A stretch of 64,000 bases of DNA from the human T2T-CHM13v2.0 reference genome, Homo sapiens, in the NCBI RefSeq assembly GCF_009914755.1, contig NC_060927.1; one strand, written 5' to 3'. Within the stretch, counting starts at the first letter, position 1. Every line of letters begins with the position of its first letter. The translations under genes were made by a program, and so were the position numbers. The notes below the pieces were generated by a model. It did no database searches, was not told the origin of the DNA, and saw only the letters and a program-made list of their open reading frames with translations. This document shows, piece by piece, positions 14,786 through 31,016 of this stretch.

Positions 14786-16069
14786 ACTTCATCTTAGAGA
14801 TAAAGAAATGAAGACACATAGAGTTGAAATGATTTCAAAAGTCCCTAGGCTTGAGTTCAAACTGAAACCTCCTTATTCTCAGTTTGCTTATCTTACCTTT
14901 ACATCCATTACCATGTAAAAATAGCCTGTGATGTTAAAGTATTTTGCCACAATGACCCATTCATTTAGCCACTAGATATTATTAGAGTATCTTCTATGCA
15001 TCAGACGATGTGAAAGAAAAGTGATCTACTAGGAGTGAAAATATTAGTTCAAGCTTCAGGTCTTCCAAACCTGATGTGTGTATAAATTATACCAATGAGT
15101 GGTATAACCTAATTAATTGTAGGATGAGGCACATGCTACAATGAGGGGTTACAGTGAAGTCATTCATAAGATCTCTTTCAGTTCTCACCTTCTGTAATTC
15201 AACTAAACAGCTATACATGTGTTTAAAGAAGAAAAAAACTCATGAATGAAGATTTACAGCTTCACCTGAGACCAAAGAAAGATGTTCACCTGGCAGATTT
15301 AAGTCACTGGATAACATCTGATAATTTTTTTTTTGTAAATGAAGAGACTATGATAGATTACTACCTGTCACTTTGTTCAAACAAATCAAGCATCTAGTAA
15401 CTTTAAAAGAAACAGGTATATTGCATGCCTTATGTATTCAATAGTATATTTTTAGAATCTAGAAAGATAAAATGATTTTTACCAATGCTTCTCTTTTAAA
15501 AAAGAGCTGTTTGATAGACCTAAACATTTAGAATTACACTCCCAAATTCATTTTATGTATACTCTCCAACAGAAATCATAAATTAAATTTGGCACTCCAT
15601 TGAATTGGATCAGATCCAATAGATAATCTCCAAGGTCAACCTAGGTTTTAGATTTCATATAAGTAAGGTTGAAGGGGAAGAATAAATTTTCACAAATCAT
15701 TTAATATTTTAAGAAATGGCAGAGGGTTAGATTTTAAGAAAGAAGCCTAAATATGTTTAAAATCAGTTACTATAGATAAATAGTATGGCTGGCCATTTTT
15801 TTCTGATAAGAGACTATGTTTAATTCTGGTTTTCTCTTATAAATTTATTATTGTGGATCTCTATTAACCAAACTTTTCCTTGTTACAAATAAGAAAATCT
15901 CATTTTAGAGAGATGAGTATTTTTCAGGTATTCACACAGTAGGGCCAGAGCTCAGATTCTGTATTCAATTCTATTCCACTTCACTGCTATCTCCTTTTTG
16001 GTCCCTTGGCTCCCTCTCAGTTTGGGGGATGGTTTTTAAAATATGATTCCAGGTTTTTCTCATTAAAAT

Positions 16070-16087
16070 TGGCATTGTGAACAGGAT
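16070..16087 (+). promoter_or_regulatory. Retroviral primer-binding site, tRNA-Ser-like
   Basis: TGGCATTGTGAACAGGAT, 2 nt after the LTR end; 14/18 match to the complement of the recalled tRNA-Ser(CGA) 3' end (TGGCGTCACGAACAGGAT). Confidence 0.7.
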
Positions 16088-16369
16088 CTGAGAGACCAAA
16101 TGGTGAGTCAGGGAGGAGTATCTATGGAGGAAATCTCAGAGTTGGCAACGTGCATGTGAGGTGGACTAGCCCAATTGTTCAAACTTTGTGGGCCACCACA
16201 TAAGTATGGGGACACTTGGAAAACACTGGTAGAGACTGAGCACCTATTGCAAGAAGCTAAGATATTAAAGTACAATAAAGATAGTAAATGCACTGTTGTT
16301 GCAATAAGGCTAGCTACTAAGAAATCATTAGAGCAGGAAAGGGAGAAAGAGTAAAAACTCCTGCAGAGG

Positions 16370-17665
16370 GTCAAAGGCATATCAGGTTTTCTAGGACTCC
16401 AGCTTGTTACATATCATGGTCCCTTCTTGTGCACATTTGAAAACTGACAGGCAAATTACAAAAAAAAAAAAAAAAAAAAATCAGAGCTCAAATGGTTAAC
16501 CCACAACTATAAAGTTAAGCAGAATCTTCTAACACTTTCTATTTCTCTCTCTCTTTTTCTGCCTGCTTTGAATCTGCTATTTTTAAGTTGCTAGTGTTGA
16601 AATAAAACTCACTGTTTATGGTAACACTAATTCAAGGTTATTTGGGGATTTTGTTTTTCTTGTACAGTTCAGCCAGTTCTAGCTAAAATGTAAACAATGA
16701 AATTCATTTGAAACTGAAGAAAAAAAAAGGACAAAACAGGTTTTTAAAAATCAAACTGCCATGGAAACTGCTTTACCCAAAATTTTGATCCACAACTTTC
16801 CTTGGATTATCTATCAGGGCAAATAAAGTTTAGCCATGTGAACAGGTCCCAATTTTATAAAAAATAATTTGAATCCAGCTGTCTTTTGTAATATAATGAG
16901 TTTATGATGCTGTCTCATGGCTAGAATTCCAAGGTGAAAGCCATTGGATCTTTGTATGTGTGCATACATGTTTAAATGTGTTTATGTGTATGTACATGTA
17001 TTATGTTATGTGTTATATCTAGCATTCTACCACATTAACTTATAAATAAATGAGTACTCATAAATAAGTTCAAATGCTTTCCAAGTTTATATAAATTCAA
17101 TAATCTTTGGTAAATAAACTGGCTTTAAAATTACTGGTAAAATAAAAGTGTATCTTCAAAAGTGTCAGCATACATTTTTGTCTGAGTTTGCTAATAGATA
17201 CATTTTATATTTGCTTCTGCTAGATACTTTATGGTGTCAGAGTTTGACATGAAGGTTATAAGACTGTAAACCCAGCCAAAAACAAAATGATCTTTGTTTG
17301 TGTGATTTTTTTAATAAGCAAGATTAATTTGATATGGTTGGTTTAATGGAAACAGCTGAATTTTTCTGAGTTATCAGCAAAAATGCCCATGTTTAACTTG
17401 AAGGTTCTTGCTTAGCTGAATACCTGATATTCACAAGCTATGAAAATAGTTAACAGAAAAATAGTTTGCAATGATATGTAGCTTTACAGAATGTCTTGGT
17501 TCTCACTAGTAACCCAGATAAACTGCTAAAAGTGAATAGATTGAGTAAATGTAAATGAGATCAATGCTTGTGGGTAAAACTTTCATGTAGTTTAAACTCT
17601 TAAAGTTATTTTAGGCACTCACTGAATGTCTTGATCACTTCCAGTTTAAAAAAGGTTGTAATATG
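16370..17665 (+). mobile_element. AT-rich MER4-group (class I, non-autonomous ERV) internal-like segment
   Basis: Abrupt shift to AT-rich sequence; motifs such as AAACTGCTTTACCCAAAATTTTG and GGGCAAATAAAGTTTAGCCATGTGAACAGG resemble recalled MER4-group internal sequences. Confidence 0.55.
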
Positions 17666-17760
17666 GGGGAAGCATTGGTGGACTTCAGTGAGCTGGATAA
17701 AAACAAAGACCATGTCCAAAAAGTAATTAAGGAACAAAAAAGGGATGATGGGCCAAATGG

Positions 17761-20250
17761 GTGTCTGTACACTTGCCCCGGCCCAAACAGGCAATATATA
17801 TGAAACAATACTGTCTGCCAGGGGGACACTCTGAAATCACCCAAACAGTTCAGGAATTACATAAAGTACAAATAGTCAGTATGGCCCACAACCCCTGTAG
17901 CAGCCCTATGTGTCCTGTGAAGACACCAGATAGCACCTGGAGAATGACTGTAGACTACCGTGAGCTGAACAAAGTGGTGTCCCCGCACGTGCAGCTGTAC
18001 CCAATAGTGCTCAACTGCTACAGCAAGTGGTTTGTACACTGGGAAATGTCCATGCTGTGACTGACCTGTCTAACACCTTTCCTAGTATTCCTTTAGTGGA
18101 AGATTCACAAGACCAGTTTGCCTTCACTTAGTAGGGCCAATGATAGACTTTTTAGGTGCTACCACAAGGGTACCTGCACAGCCACATCATATGTCACAGT
18201 ATGGTTGCAAAGGACCTGTCTAGACTCTTTCTGCCTGCCTTGGTCTTCCTGTTTTACCATATTAATGATGACATGCAAACCTCAGAGCCTTTTACAGATT
18301 TGAAGACTGCCCTACAAACTATCTTGGATGGCTCAAAGGACAGGGAATGAGAAGTCAACCCCAAGAAGAAACAGGGGCCCAGTATAGCCATCAAATTCCT
18401 GAGAGTCACCTGGTTGGAGAAGATGTAAAACATACCTAAAACTGTCATCAATAAGGTATCACAGTAGCCTGTTCCCCAGATAGTAAGCTAACTCCAGGTT
18501 GTCCTAGGTTTACTGAGCTATTTATTCGTTTGGTACAAACCCTTCACCTTTCCTTCAATAAAGGAAAATTAAAAATGAGACTGTACACATATAGAGCAAG
18601 AGGCATTTGACAAATCAAAAATACTGTAAAACAAGCCAAAGCATTAGGTGCCCCACTGCCACAGCATCCTTTTGTATTAGAAGCCACTAGAGATGCCACA
18701 GGGATGAGCTGGAGTTTGTGGCAAAAGCAACCAACAGGAATTGTTACCTGTTGGGCTTTTATCTCAATTGTAGAGGGGGTCAGAATCCTACTATACAGTC
18801 CTGGGGCAATAACTCTCAGCCCTGTATAGGACATTGCAACAAGTGGAGGCTATCACCAGAAAGCAGACCACCACAGAAAAAAACTGCCTACTCATAAAAG
18901 GGTGAATGAAAGGTCTCCTAGCCAAGCCCACCCCTAGAGTGGCACAATCACACGGCATAAGTGGCATCCCTGTCTACAACTTAGGGGTGGCTTGTCCACT
19001 AGTCCTTTAAGTCAGGCACTATAGGAGGCATTAAGATCCATCCACTTTGAACAAGTGGAGGTAGCAGACATGGCAATGGAGCCACCTATCAGGTCAACCA
19101 CATATATGAGGAGTCCCAGGTGATACTCACTAGGCTTGATACACTGATGGGTCTAGCAAAGTTACCTAACACCAACGGTCAGCAGTTTGTGGTGCAAAGG
19201 GATACTGACACCATACGGAGAGAACGGGGATTAGGACAAAGCAGTCAATGGGCTAGGTTACAGGCAGTTTGGATACCCATCACCTATGAGGCTTGGCTGC
19301 TAATCATCTATCTACACAGATAGTTGGGCTACACAAACAGGACTTACCATGTGAATCAATCAATGGGCCACAGACAGTTGGCAGGTTTGGGGCAAGCCCC
19401 TTTGGGGAATGTCCATGTGGCAGAACATTCACATCAAGTTATAAGAGAAGGATGCCCAACTCAGGTGTACCATGTGGATACACACAGCCCCAGGTTGCTT
19501 CTGAGAACTCAGGAGGCAGATGCCCTTACTCATGTTTGGGCACTTTGCCAGAGCCCATTGGAGGAGGCTGCCATATGGGTACATCACAGGAGCAGTCACC
19601 AAGGGGCAGCGACAGGTGGGCCATACGAAAGGCGGCAGGCATCCCAATCCAATCTGGAGATGCTTTGGCAGCTGTTCAGAACCGTGAGATCTGCTCATAA
19701 CTGCGACCTGGAAAAGTTCCCTCCACACCAACTCACATACATCGAGCCATACAACTGTGCAAGACTGGCAAGTCAGTTATATTGGCCTCCTGTCCCCAGG
19801 TAGAGGGAGAAGGAGAAGGTATGCCTTAACTTGTACAGACACAACAATGGGGCTACTACAGGGGCCTTCCCAGTAAGACATGCCACTCAACTGGAGACCA
19901 AGAGTCTCACTGCTCTTGGTGTCATGTATGACATGCCAAAAAGGATAGTGATCAAGGCCCCCATTTCACAGGTCACGATATCCAACATGGGGCATTGGAA
20001 CAAAATATAGACTAAAGATTCCACTGGCCATATAACCCAACAGGGTAGGCCTCATAGAAAAAAAAAATGGCCTGTTAAAAACTCAATTATGTGCATTGTC
20101 TCAGGACAGTTCTTAAGGGTACTAGACTAAGGATCTCCCTGAAGCTATACAAATTTTAAATAAGTCACCCACTACCACACATGGCATCACTCCCTGTGAA
20201 TGGTTGGGCAGGCCTGTAAAACAGGTGTCACAAATTCTCAGGATTACCTG
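17761..20250 (+). pseudogene. ERV pol remnant (RT, RNaseH, integrase), frameshifted
   Basis: ORF fragments KQYCLPGGHSEI...PVKTPDSTWRMTVDYRELNKVV, LPQGYLHS...YHINDD, VYHVDTH, WVHHRSSHQG; many stops. Confidence 0.85.
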
Positions 20251-20699
20251 AGACTCCAAGCCATGCTCCTGAAACAGATGGGCAGACTGTGCTCCTGAGA
20301 ACAGCAGTGGATCTGCCAAGTGGCAATGGCTACGTGGACCTGAAGTTGAGCTGGAAATTGCTCCCATACTGGGTCAGTTTTATGGCACTGGGGGGCACTA
20401 TGAAGACTGATGGAGGAGAGGCGATCCAAGCTATGCTCCTTTATAGAGGTCTGAGAGCTTTACAATATCAACACACGGCAGCACCAATACCTACAGGAGT
20501 AGGCATAGTGCTGATAGTGTGGGCAAGGCTGGAAACTTACCAGTTGGCTACTGTGCCCACTCTTAGGGAAGGAAACCATGTATGGTACTATAAGCTAGAC
20601 ATGAAGTACATGGTGGCCTCCCTAATGGGGCCAATGGGAGATAATATAGCAGTAATAATGTTACAAGGAGTGGATACACCCATGAGGGTTCCTGCTAAA

Positions 20700-21260
20700 C
20701 ACCTGTGTTTATGCCAGTAGGCTGTTGTTCCTGCTACCCATGGAAGCTGCACTGGAATGTAACTACAGTAGCAGTCAGCAACCAGTCCAATTATTGGGTA
20801 TATGGATACCTCCCCCTATCAAATTATAACAGTATGCCTCACAACAGTCTGCCTTTCTCCCTACAGAACTGGAGTGCCAGGTACATCAGCACCAATAGTG
20901 CAACCCAGGTTCACCGGGGATTGTCTCCACCTGGAAGCCTAATGGCCAATTTGATGGAGAACCAACAACATGTGCTCTTATACACAATACCTGTTGTTGT
21001 ACCTATACCCCTGATAAAAAGGATAATGTCACAGATGCGTTGAATAATTTGTCAACTTAGTTCCATGATACAGCCCAATTAGGTTTCTTTGACTCATGCT
21101 CAAAATGGTTACACACCTTACCTACTCATTGGAGTTATGCTTGCTAATAGACGTTATAATTATGGTTAGCTTCTGTTTTTTATGTTGTTATGTATACTGT
21201 GGATGTGACTTGTACACACAAGCCATGTCTATATGTTACACATTTGTAGAGTTCTTCCCC
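20700..21260 (+). pseudogene. Internally deleted env remnant
   Basis: VAVSNQSNYWVYGYLPLS resembles an SU CWVC motif region; hydrophobic Cys-rich IIMVSFCFLCCYVYC near the LTR resembles a TM anchor. Confidence 0.55.
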
Positions 21261-21326
21261 TCATACCCCACTCAGGGACTCTTACACAAGATTTATGGAA
21301 AGAATGTAAGGGCTGATGGATTGCAG

Positions 21327-21500
21327 TGTGACAGGTCCCTCACCATGTTACTTAAGGGTGTATGTCTGCTGCCTGAACCCTGGAGGCCAGGCTGCGAGCC
21401 AAGGCCATGATGCCTAGCCAAGGAGCAGGTGTCCCTAAGAACCCAAATATCTCGGAGAGAGTATATGAGAAGCTAACAAGGAAAACAGTCCCATCACACA

Positions 21501-21551
<51 letters not shown>

Positions 21552-21770
21552 CAAAGAGCCAGAAAATTAGCTTAAAAGCAGCTTAGAGATGGGAGGCAGG
21601 ACAGATCTCTAAAGATGCCCTGCTGCCATCCAGGAGTGCCTCATATGCAAGTCCTAATAAACTTACGTACTCGCCATGTTGGACTTGCCTGAGTCATTTT
21701 TTGGTCTCTTAGTTCCCTTCCAGTTTGGGGGATGGTTTTTTAAATACGAGTCTTGGTTTTTCTCATTACA
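21327..21770 (+). mobile_element. 3' LTR (LTR32-like) containing (CA)n at ~21495-21549
   Basis: TGTGACAGGTCCC...TTACTTAAGGGTGTATGTC...AATAAA...CTCATTACA. Confidence 0.8.
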
Positions 21771-21989
21771 GTTACTATCACCACAATGGTAAAATACTTT
21801 GATATCTGTACTTATCAATAATTAAAAATTGACTCAAGATGTACATTAACATTCTTATTCTTTTTTAAAGCATATTTGAAGTTGCTTTTTATTTAATGTC
21901 TTAATTCCTCTTTTGCTAAACAACAGAGTGCAGAAAATAATCATGGTTGAAAACACAACTGTCCAAAGGACAAAAGCAGAATAAAAACA

Positions 21990-22490
21990 ATAATAATTAT
22001 TCAAGAAATAAAATGAGATATTTCTTGTGTATCAAACTGGCAAAGTTTTTGAAATGATAATGTCTAGTGTTGGCAAGAGCAGGTGTGGTAAAATAGTCAT
22101 GCTCATTTATTACTCATGGAACAGACTTTTTAGAAAGTAATTTGACCTTAACAGTGCTCATATCATTTGACATAGTAATATCACTTCTAGAAACGTTAAA
22201 ATTCAAAATAAAAAGTTTCTTGAAGAATTTCAGCATTATTTATAATATTAGGAAATTGGAAATAACCTAACTGTCCAAGAACAGAGTAAGAGCTAAATCA
22301 AATATGATACACATGTGATATGGTACCAGTAAAAAATCATTAATTTGAAGACTATTTAGCCACATAAATAAATGCTTCCCATGTAATGTGTAGAGAATGA
22401 GGCAAAAATATCACAATTTTATAAAACAGTGAACATTAAAAAGCAAGAAGGAAAGATACAAGGTTAACAGTGATATCTCTCTGTGAAGAG
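21990..22490 (+). mobile_element. Ancient L1 (L1ME-like) 3' fragment
   Basis: Degenerate AATGAGATA...TAGTGTTGGCAAG...TTTGACATAGTAAT...TGGAAATAACCTAACTGTCCA. Confidence 0.55.
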
Positions 22491-23115
22491 TTTACACTTA
22501 AGTTTGTAGATATGAGTTGGTAGACACATTACTTTTATCTATTTAGTAATGTGCAGATAATATACAATATGCAAATAATACACCAAAGAACAGAGTCTTG
22601 ATCAACTAATTATCTTTGTTCAGGGAATATCCCTTGAACTAAATCTGGAAGAATGAGTAGGTTTCTAGATGGAGAACTAGTAGCGGCATTCTTGAAGGAA
22701 AAAATTACATATGCAAAGCCACTGAGTTGTTTGTATTTCCAGTATCTAGTTCAAGAGCAAAATGCTCAATTAATGTTTGTTGACTAATAATAAATAAGTT
22801 ATAAAGAAACATGATTTCTTTCTCTCTGAATGTCCTCTGTCTTCTGTATTTCAGTCACTAAAGGTTAACTATTACAATACAATGCTATAGTTCTGTCTTC
22901 ATTTGGGCTGCTATAACAAAATGTCTTAGACTAATTTATAAATAATAGAAATTTATTTCTCATAGTTGTGGAAGCTGGAAAGTCCAAGATCAAGACACCA
23001 GCAGATTCAGTGTCTGGTGAAGGCTCACTCTCTGCTTTATTGATGGTACCTCTTGCTGCATTCCCACATGATGAAAGGCCAGGAGCACATCCTTCAACCT
23101 TTTTTATAAAGGCAC

Positions 23116-23544
23116 TGCTATGGCTTGAATGTGTCCTCCAAAGTTCACATGTTTCAAACTGGAACCCCAGTGCAACAGTGTTAGGAGGTGGGGCTTAATG
23201 AGAGGTGATTCAGCTATGAGGGCTCTGTTCTCATGAATGAATTAATGCTGTTATCATGTTAGTTATCATGGAAGTGGGCTCATTTTAAAAGGGGGAATTC
23301 AGCTACCTTTTCTGTTTCTTGCTCATGTGATACCTTATGATGCAGCAAGAAGTCCCTAAACAAGATGCTAGCCCCTCGATCTTGGACTTCCCAGCCTCAA
23401 GAACCATGATACATAAATCTGTACTCTTTATAAATTATCCAATACTCTTTATAAATTACCCAGTACTCTTTATAAATTACTCTTTATAAATTACCCAGTA
23501 CTCTTTATAAATTACCCAGTCTTGGGTATTCTGTTATAATGGCA
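23116..23544 (+). mobile_element. MST-type MaLR LTR nested in opposite orientation
   Basis: TGCTATGGCTTGAATGTGTCCTCCAAAGTTCA...CTTGGACTTCCCAGCCTC...GTATTCTGTTATA. Confidence 0.75.
23422..23519. repeat. 21-bp minisatellite (TACTCTTTATAAATTACCCAG), ~4.7 copies
   Basis: Tandem units read directly; one unit is shortened. Confidence 0.9.
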
Positions 23545-23857
23545 ATCCCATTCATGAAGGCAGAACCATCATGATTTAATCATTTTTCAAATGGCCCCAC
23601 CTTTTAATACTATCACATGACTATTAGGTTCCAACATATGAATTGTGGAGGAACACCAACATTCAGAACATACAAGTTAAAAAATTCCAAGTTAATTAAT
23701 TTTATATCAGTTACATTTTAGAATTTTGCTTCCTAAAATCATCTTTAAATTCTTTAATCTCATCAGTAGTTGATCTCCAAAAAGTTTGTGTAGGATGAGT
23801 GAATTCTGAACAACCTCACAGAGAACCAATCAACACCTCTTAAAAGTATTAACTCGA

Positions 23858-27791
<3,934 letters not shown>

Positions 27792-27799
27792 GAATTAAC

Positions 27800-30700
27800 A
27801 TTGAAGATGGCCGAACAGGAACAGCTCCAGTCTACAGCTCCCAGTGTGAGCGACACAGAAGACAGGTGATTTCTGCATTTCCAACTGAGGTACCTGGTTC
27901 ATCTCACTGGGACTGGTTGGACAGTGAGTGCAGCCCATGGAGTGTGAGCCAAAGCAGAGCTAGGCGTCGCCTCACCCAGGAAGTGCAAGAGGTCAGGGAA
28001 TTCCCTTTCCTAGCCAAGGGAAGCCATGACAGACGGTACTTGGAAAATCGGGACACTCTTGCCCTAATACCACGTTTTTCCAATGGTCTTAGCAAATGGC
28101 ACACCAGGAGATTATATCCCGCACATGGCTCAGTGGGTCCCATGCCCACTGAGCCCTGCTCACTACCAGCACAGCAGTCCGAGATTGAACTGCAAGGCAG
28201 CAGCAAGGCTAGGGGAAAGGCATCCACCATTGCTAAAGCTTGACTAGGTAAACAAAGCGCCAGGAAGCTCGAACTGGGTGGAGCTCACTGCAGCTCAAGG
28301 AGGCCTGCCTGCCTCTGTAGACTCCACCTCTGGGGTCAGGGCATAGCTGAACAAAAGGCAGCAGAAACTTCTGCAGACTTAAACATCCCTGTCTGAGAGC
28401 TTTGAAGAGAGCAGTGGTTCTCCTAGCATGGAGTTTGAGATCTGAGAACTGCCTCAGATCTGACAGACTGCCTCCTCAAGTGGGTCTCTGACCCCCAAGT
28501 AGCCTAACTGGGAGACACCTCCCAGTAGGGGCCAACTGACACCTCATACAGCCAGGTGCCCCTCTGAGACGAAGCTTCCAGAGGAAGGATCAGGCAGCAA
28601 CATTTGCTGTTTTGCAATATTTGCTGTTCTGCAGCCTCCACTGGTGACACCCAGGGAAACAGGGTCTGGAGTGGACCTCCAGCAAACTCAAACAGACCTG
28701 CAACTGAGGGTCCTGTCTGTTAGAAGGAAAACTAACAAACAGAAAGGAATACCATCAACATCAACAAAAAGGACACCCACACCAAAACCCCATATGTAGG
28801 TCACCATCATCAAAGATCAAAGGTAGATAAAACCACAAAGATGGGGAGAAACCAGAGCAGAAAAGCTGAAAATTCTAAAAACCAGAGTGCCTCTTCTCTT
28901 CCAAAGGATCGCAGCTCCTCGCCAGCCATGGAACAAAGCGGGATGGAAAATGACTTTGAGAAGTTGACAGAAGTAGGCTTCAGAAGATTGGTAATAACAA
29001 ACATCTCTGAGCTAAAGGAGGATGTTCACACCCATTGCAAGGAAGCTAAAAACCTTGAAAAAAGATTAGAGGAATGGCTAACTAGAATAAACAGCATAGA
29101 GAAGACCTTAAATGATTTGATGGAGCTGAAAACCATGGTACGAGAACTACGTGACACATGCAGAAGCTTCAGTAGCCAATTCGATCAAGTGGAAAGAAGG
29201 GCATCAGTGATTGAAGATCAAATGAATGAAATGAAGCGAGAGAAGAAGATTAGAGAAAAAAGAGTGAAAAGAAACAAACAAAGCCTCCAAGAAATATGGG
29301 AATATGTGAAAAGACCAAATCTATGTTTGATTGGTGTACCTGAAAGTGACAAGGAGAATGGAACCAAGTTGGAAAACACTCTTCAGGATATTATCCAGGA
29401 GAACTTCCCCAACCTAGCAAGGTAGGCCAACATTCAAATTCAGGAAATACAGAGAACGCCACAAAGATAATCCTTGTGAAGAGCAACCTCAAGACACAAT
29501 TGTCAGACTCACCAAGGTTGAAATGAAGGAAAAAATGTTAAGGGCAGCCAGAGAGAAAGGTCGGGTTACCCACAAAGGGAAGCCCATCAGACTAACAGCT
29601 GATCTCTCAGCAGAAACTCTACAAGCCAGAAGGAGTGAGGGCCAATACTCAACATTCTTAAAGAAAAGAATTTTCAACCCAAAATTTCATATCCAGCCAA
29701 ACTAAGCTTCATAAGTGAAGGAGAAATAAAATCCTTTACAGACAAGCAAATGCTGAGAGATTTTGTAACCATGAGGCCTGCCTTACAAGAGCTTCTGAAG
29801 GAAGCACTAAACACGTAAAGGAACAACCGGTACCAGCCACTGCAAAAACATGCCAAATTGTAAAGACCATCAATGCTAGGAAGAAAATGCATCAACTAAC
29901 AAGCAAAATAACCAGCAAACATCATCATGACAGGATGAAATTCACACATAACAATATTAACTTTAAATGTAAATGGGCTAAATGCCCCAATTAAAAGACA
30001 CAGACTGGCAAATTGTATAAAGAGTCAAGACCCATCAGTGTGCTGTATTCAGGAGACCCATCTCACATGCAGAGACACACATAGGCTCAAAATAAAGCGA
30101 CGGAGGAAGATCTACCAAGCAAATGGAAAACAAAAAATAAGCAGGGGTTGCAATCCCAGTCTCAGATAAAACAGACGTTAAACCAACAAAGATCAAAAGA
30201 GACGAAGAAGGCCATTACATAATGGTAAAGGGATCAATTCAACAAGAAGAGCTAACTATTCTACATATGCACCCAATACGGGAGCACCCAGATTCAAAAG
30301 CAAGTCCTTAGAGACCTACAAAGAGACTTAGACCCCATATAATAATAATGGGAGACTTTAACACCCCACTGTCAACATTACACAGATCAACGAGACAGAA
30401 AGTTAACAAGGATATCCAGGACTTGAACTCAGCTCTGCACCAAGCAGACCTCATAGACATCTACAGAACTCTCCACCCCAAATCAAGAGAATATACATTC
30501 TTCTCAGCACCACATAGTATTTATTCCAAAACTGACCACATAGTTGGAAGTAAAGGACTCCTCGGCAAATGTAAAAGAACAGAAATCTTAACAGTCTCTC
30601 AGACCACAGTGCAATCAAATTAGAAGTCAGGATTAAGAAACTCACTCAAAACCACACAACTACATGGAAGCTGAACAACCTGCTCCTGAATGACTACTGG

Positions 30701-30965
30701 GTAAATAGTGAAATGAAGGCAGAAATAAAGATGTTCTTTGAAACCAATGAGAACAAAGACACAACATACCAGAATCTCTGGGACACAATTAAAGCACTGG
30801 GTAGAGGGAAATTTATAGCACTCAATGCCCACAAGAAAACATCTAAAATCGACACCCTAACATCAAAATTAAAAGAACTAGAGGAGCAAGAGCAAACACA
30901 TTCAAAAGCTAGCAGAAGGCAAGAAATAACTAAGATCAGAGCAGAACTGAAGGAGACAGAGACAC
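27800..30965 (+). mobile_element. L1PA6/7-like 5' half (5'UTR, ORF1 open 28841-29425 then stop, ORF2 endonuclease region)
   Basis: AAGATGGCCGAACAGGAACAGCTCCAGTCTACAGC start; ORF1 MGRNQSRKAENSK...; ORF2 MGDFNTPL; ends at GAAGGAGACAGAGACAC. Confidence 0.9.
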
Positions 30966-31016
30966 CTGCACATTGTGCACATGTACCCTAAAACTTAAAG
31001 TATAAAAAAAAAAAAA
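30964..31016 (+). mobile_element. Terminal ~40 bp and poly(A) of a young L1 (L1PA2/3-type)
   Basis: ACCTGCACATTGTGCACATGTACCCTAAAACTTAAAGTAT(A)n. Confidence 0.85.

Larger units (their letters stand above)
15994..21770 (+). mobile_element. Decayed class III ERV provirus (HERV-S-like, probably HERVL32/LTR32) with truncated 5' LTR
   Basis: 15994-16067 matches the end of the 3' LTR (CAGTTTGGGGGATGGTTTTT...TTTCTCATTA); PBS follows; RT motifs WRMTVDYRELNK and LPQGYLHS; RNaseH/integrase and env remnants; complete TG...CA LTR at 21327-21770. Confidence 0.85.
22893..23675 (-). mobile_element. MLT1A-like MaLR LTR interrupted by an MST LTR
   Basis: TTGGGCTGCTATAACAAA...AGTCCAAGATCAAG...TATAAAGGCAC, resuming as ATCCCATTCATGA...AACATTCAGA after 23544. 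Confidence 0.75.

Noticed and set aside
20289-20720. 143-aa ORF after integrase as a novel accessory gene or dUTPase
   Set aside because: No conserved dUTPase motifs that I can identify and a non-ATG start; more likely the decayed 3' end of pol, and needs an HMM search
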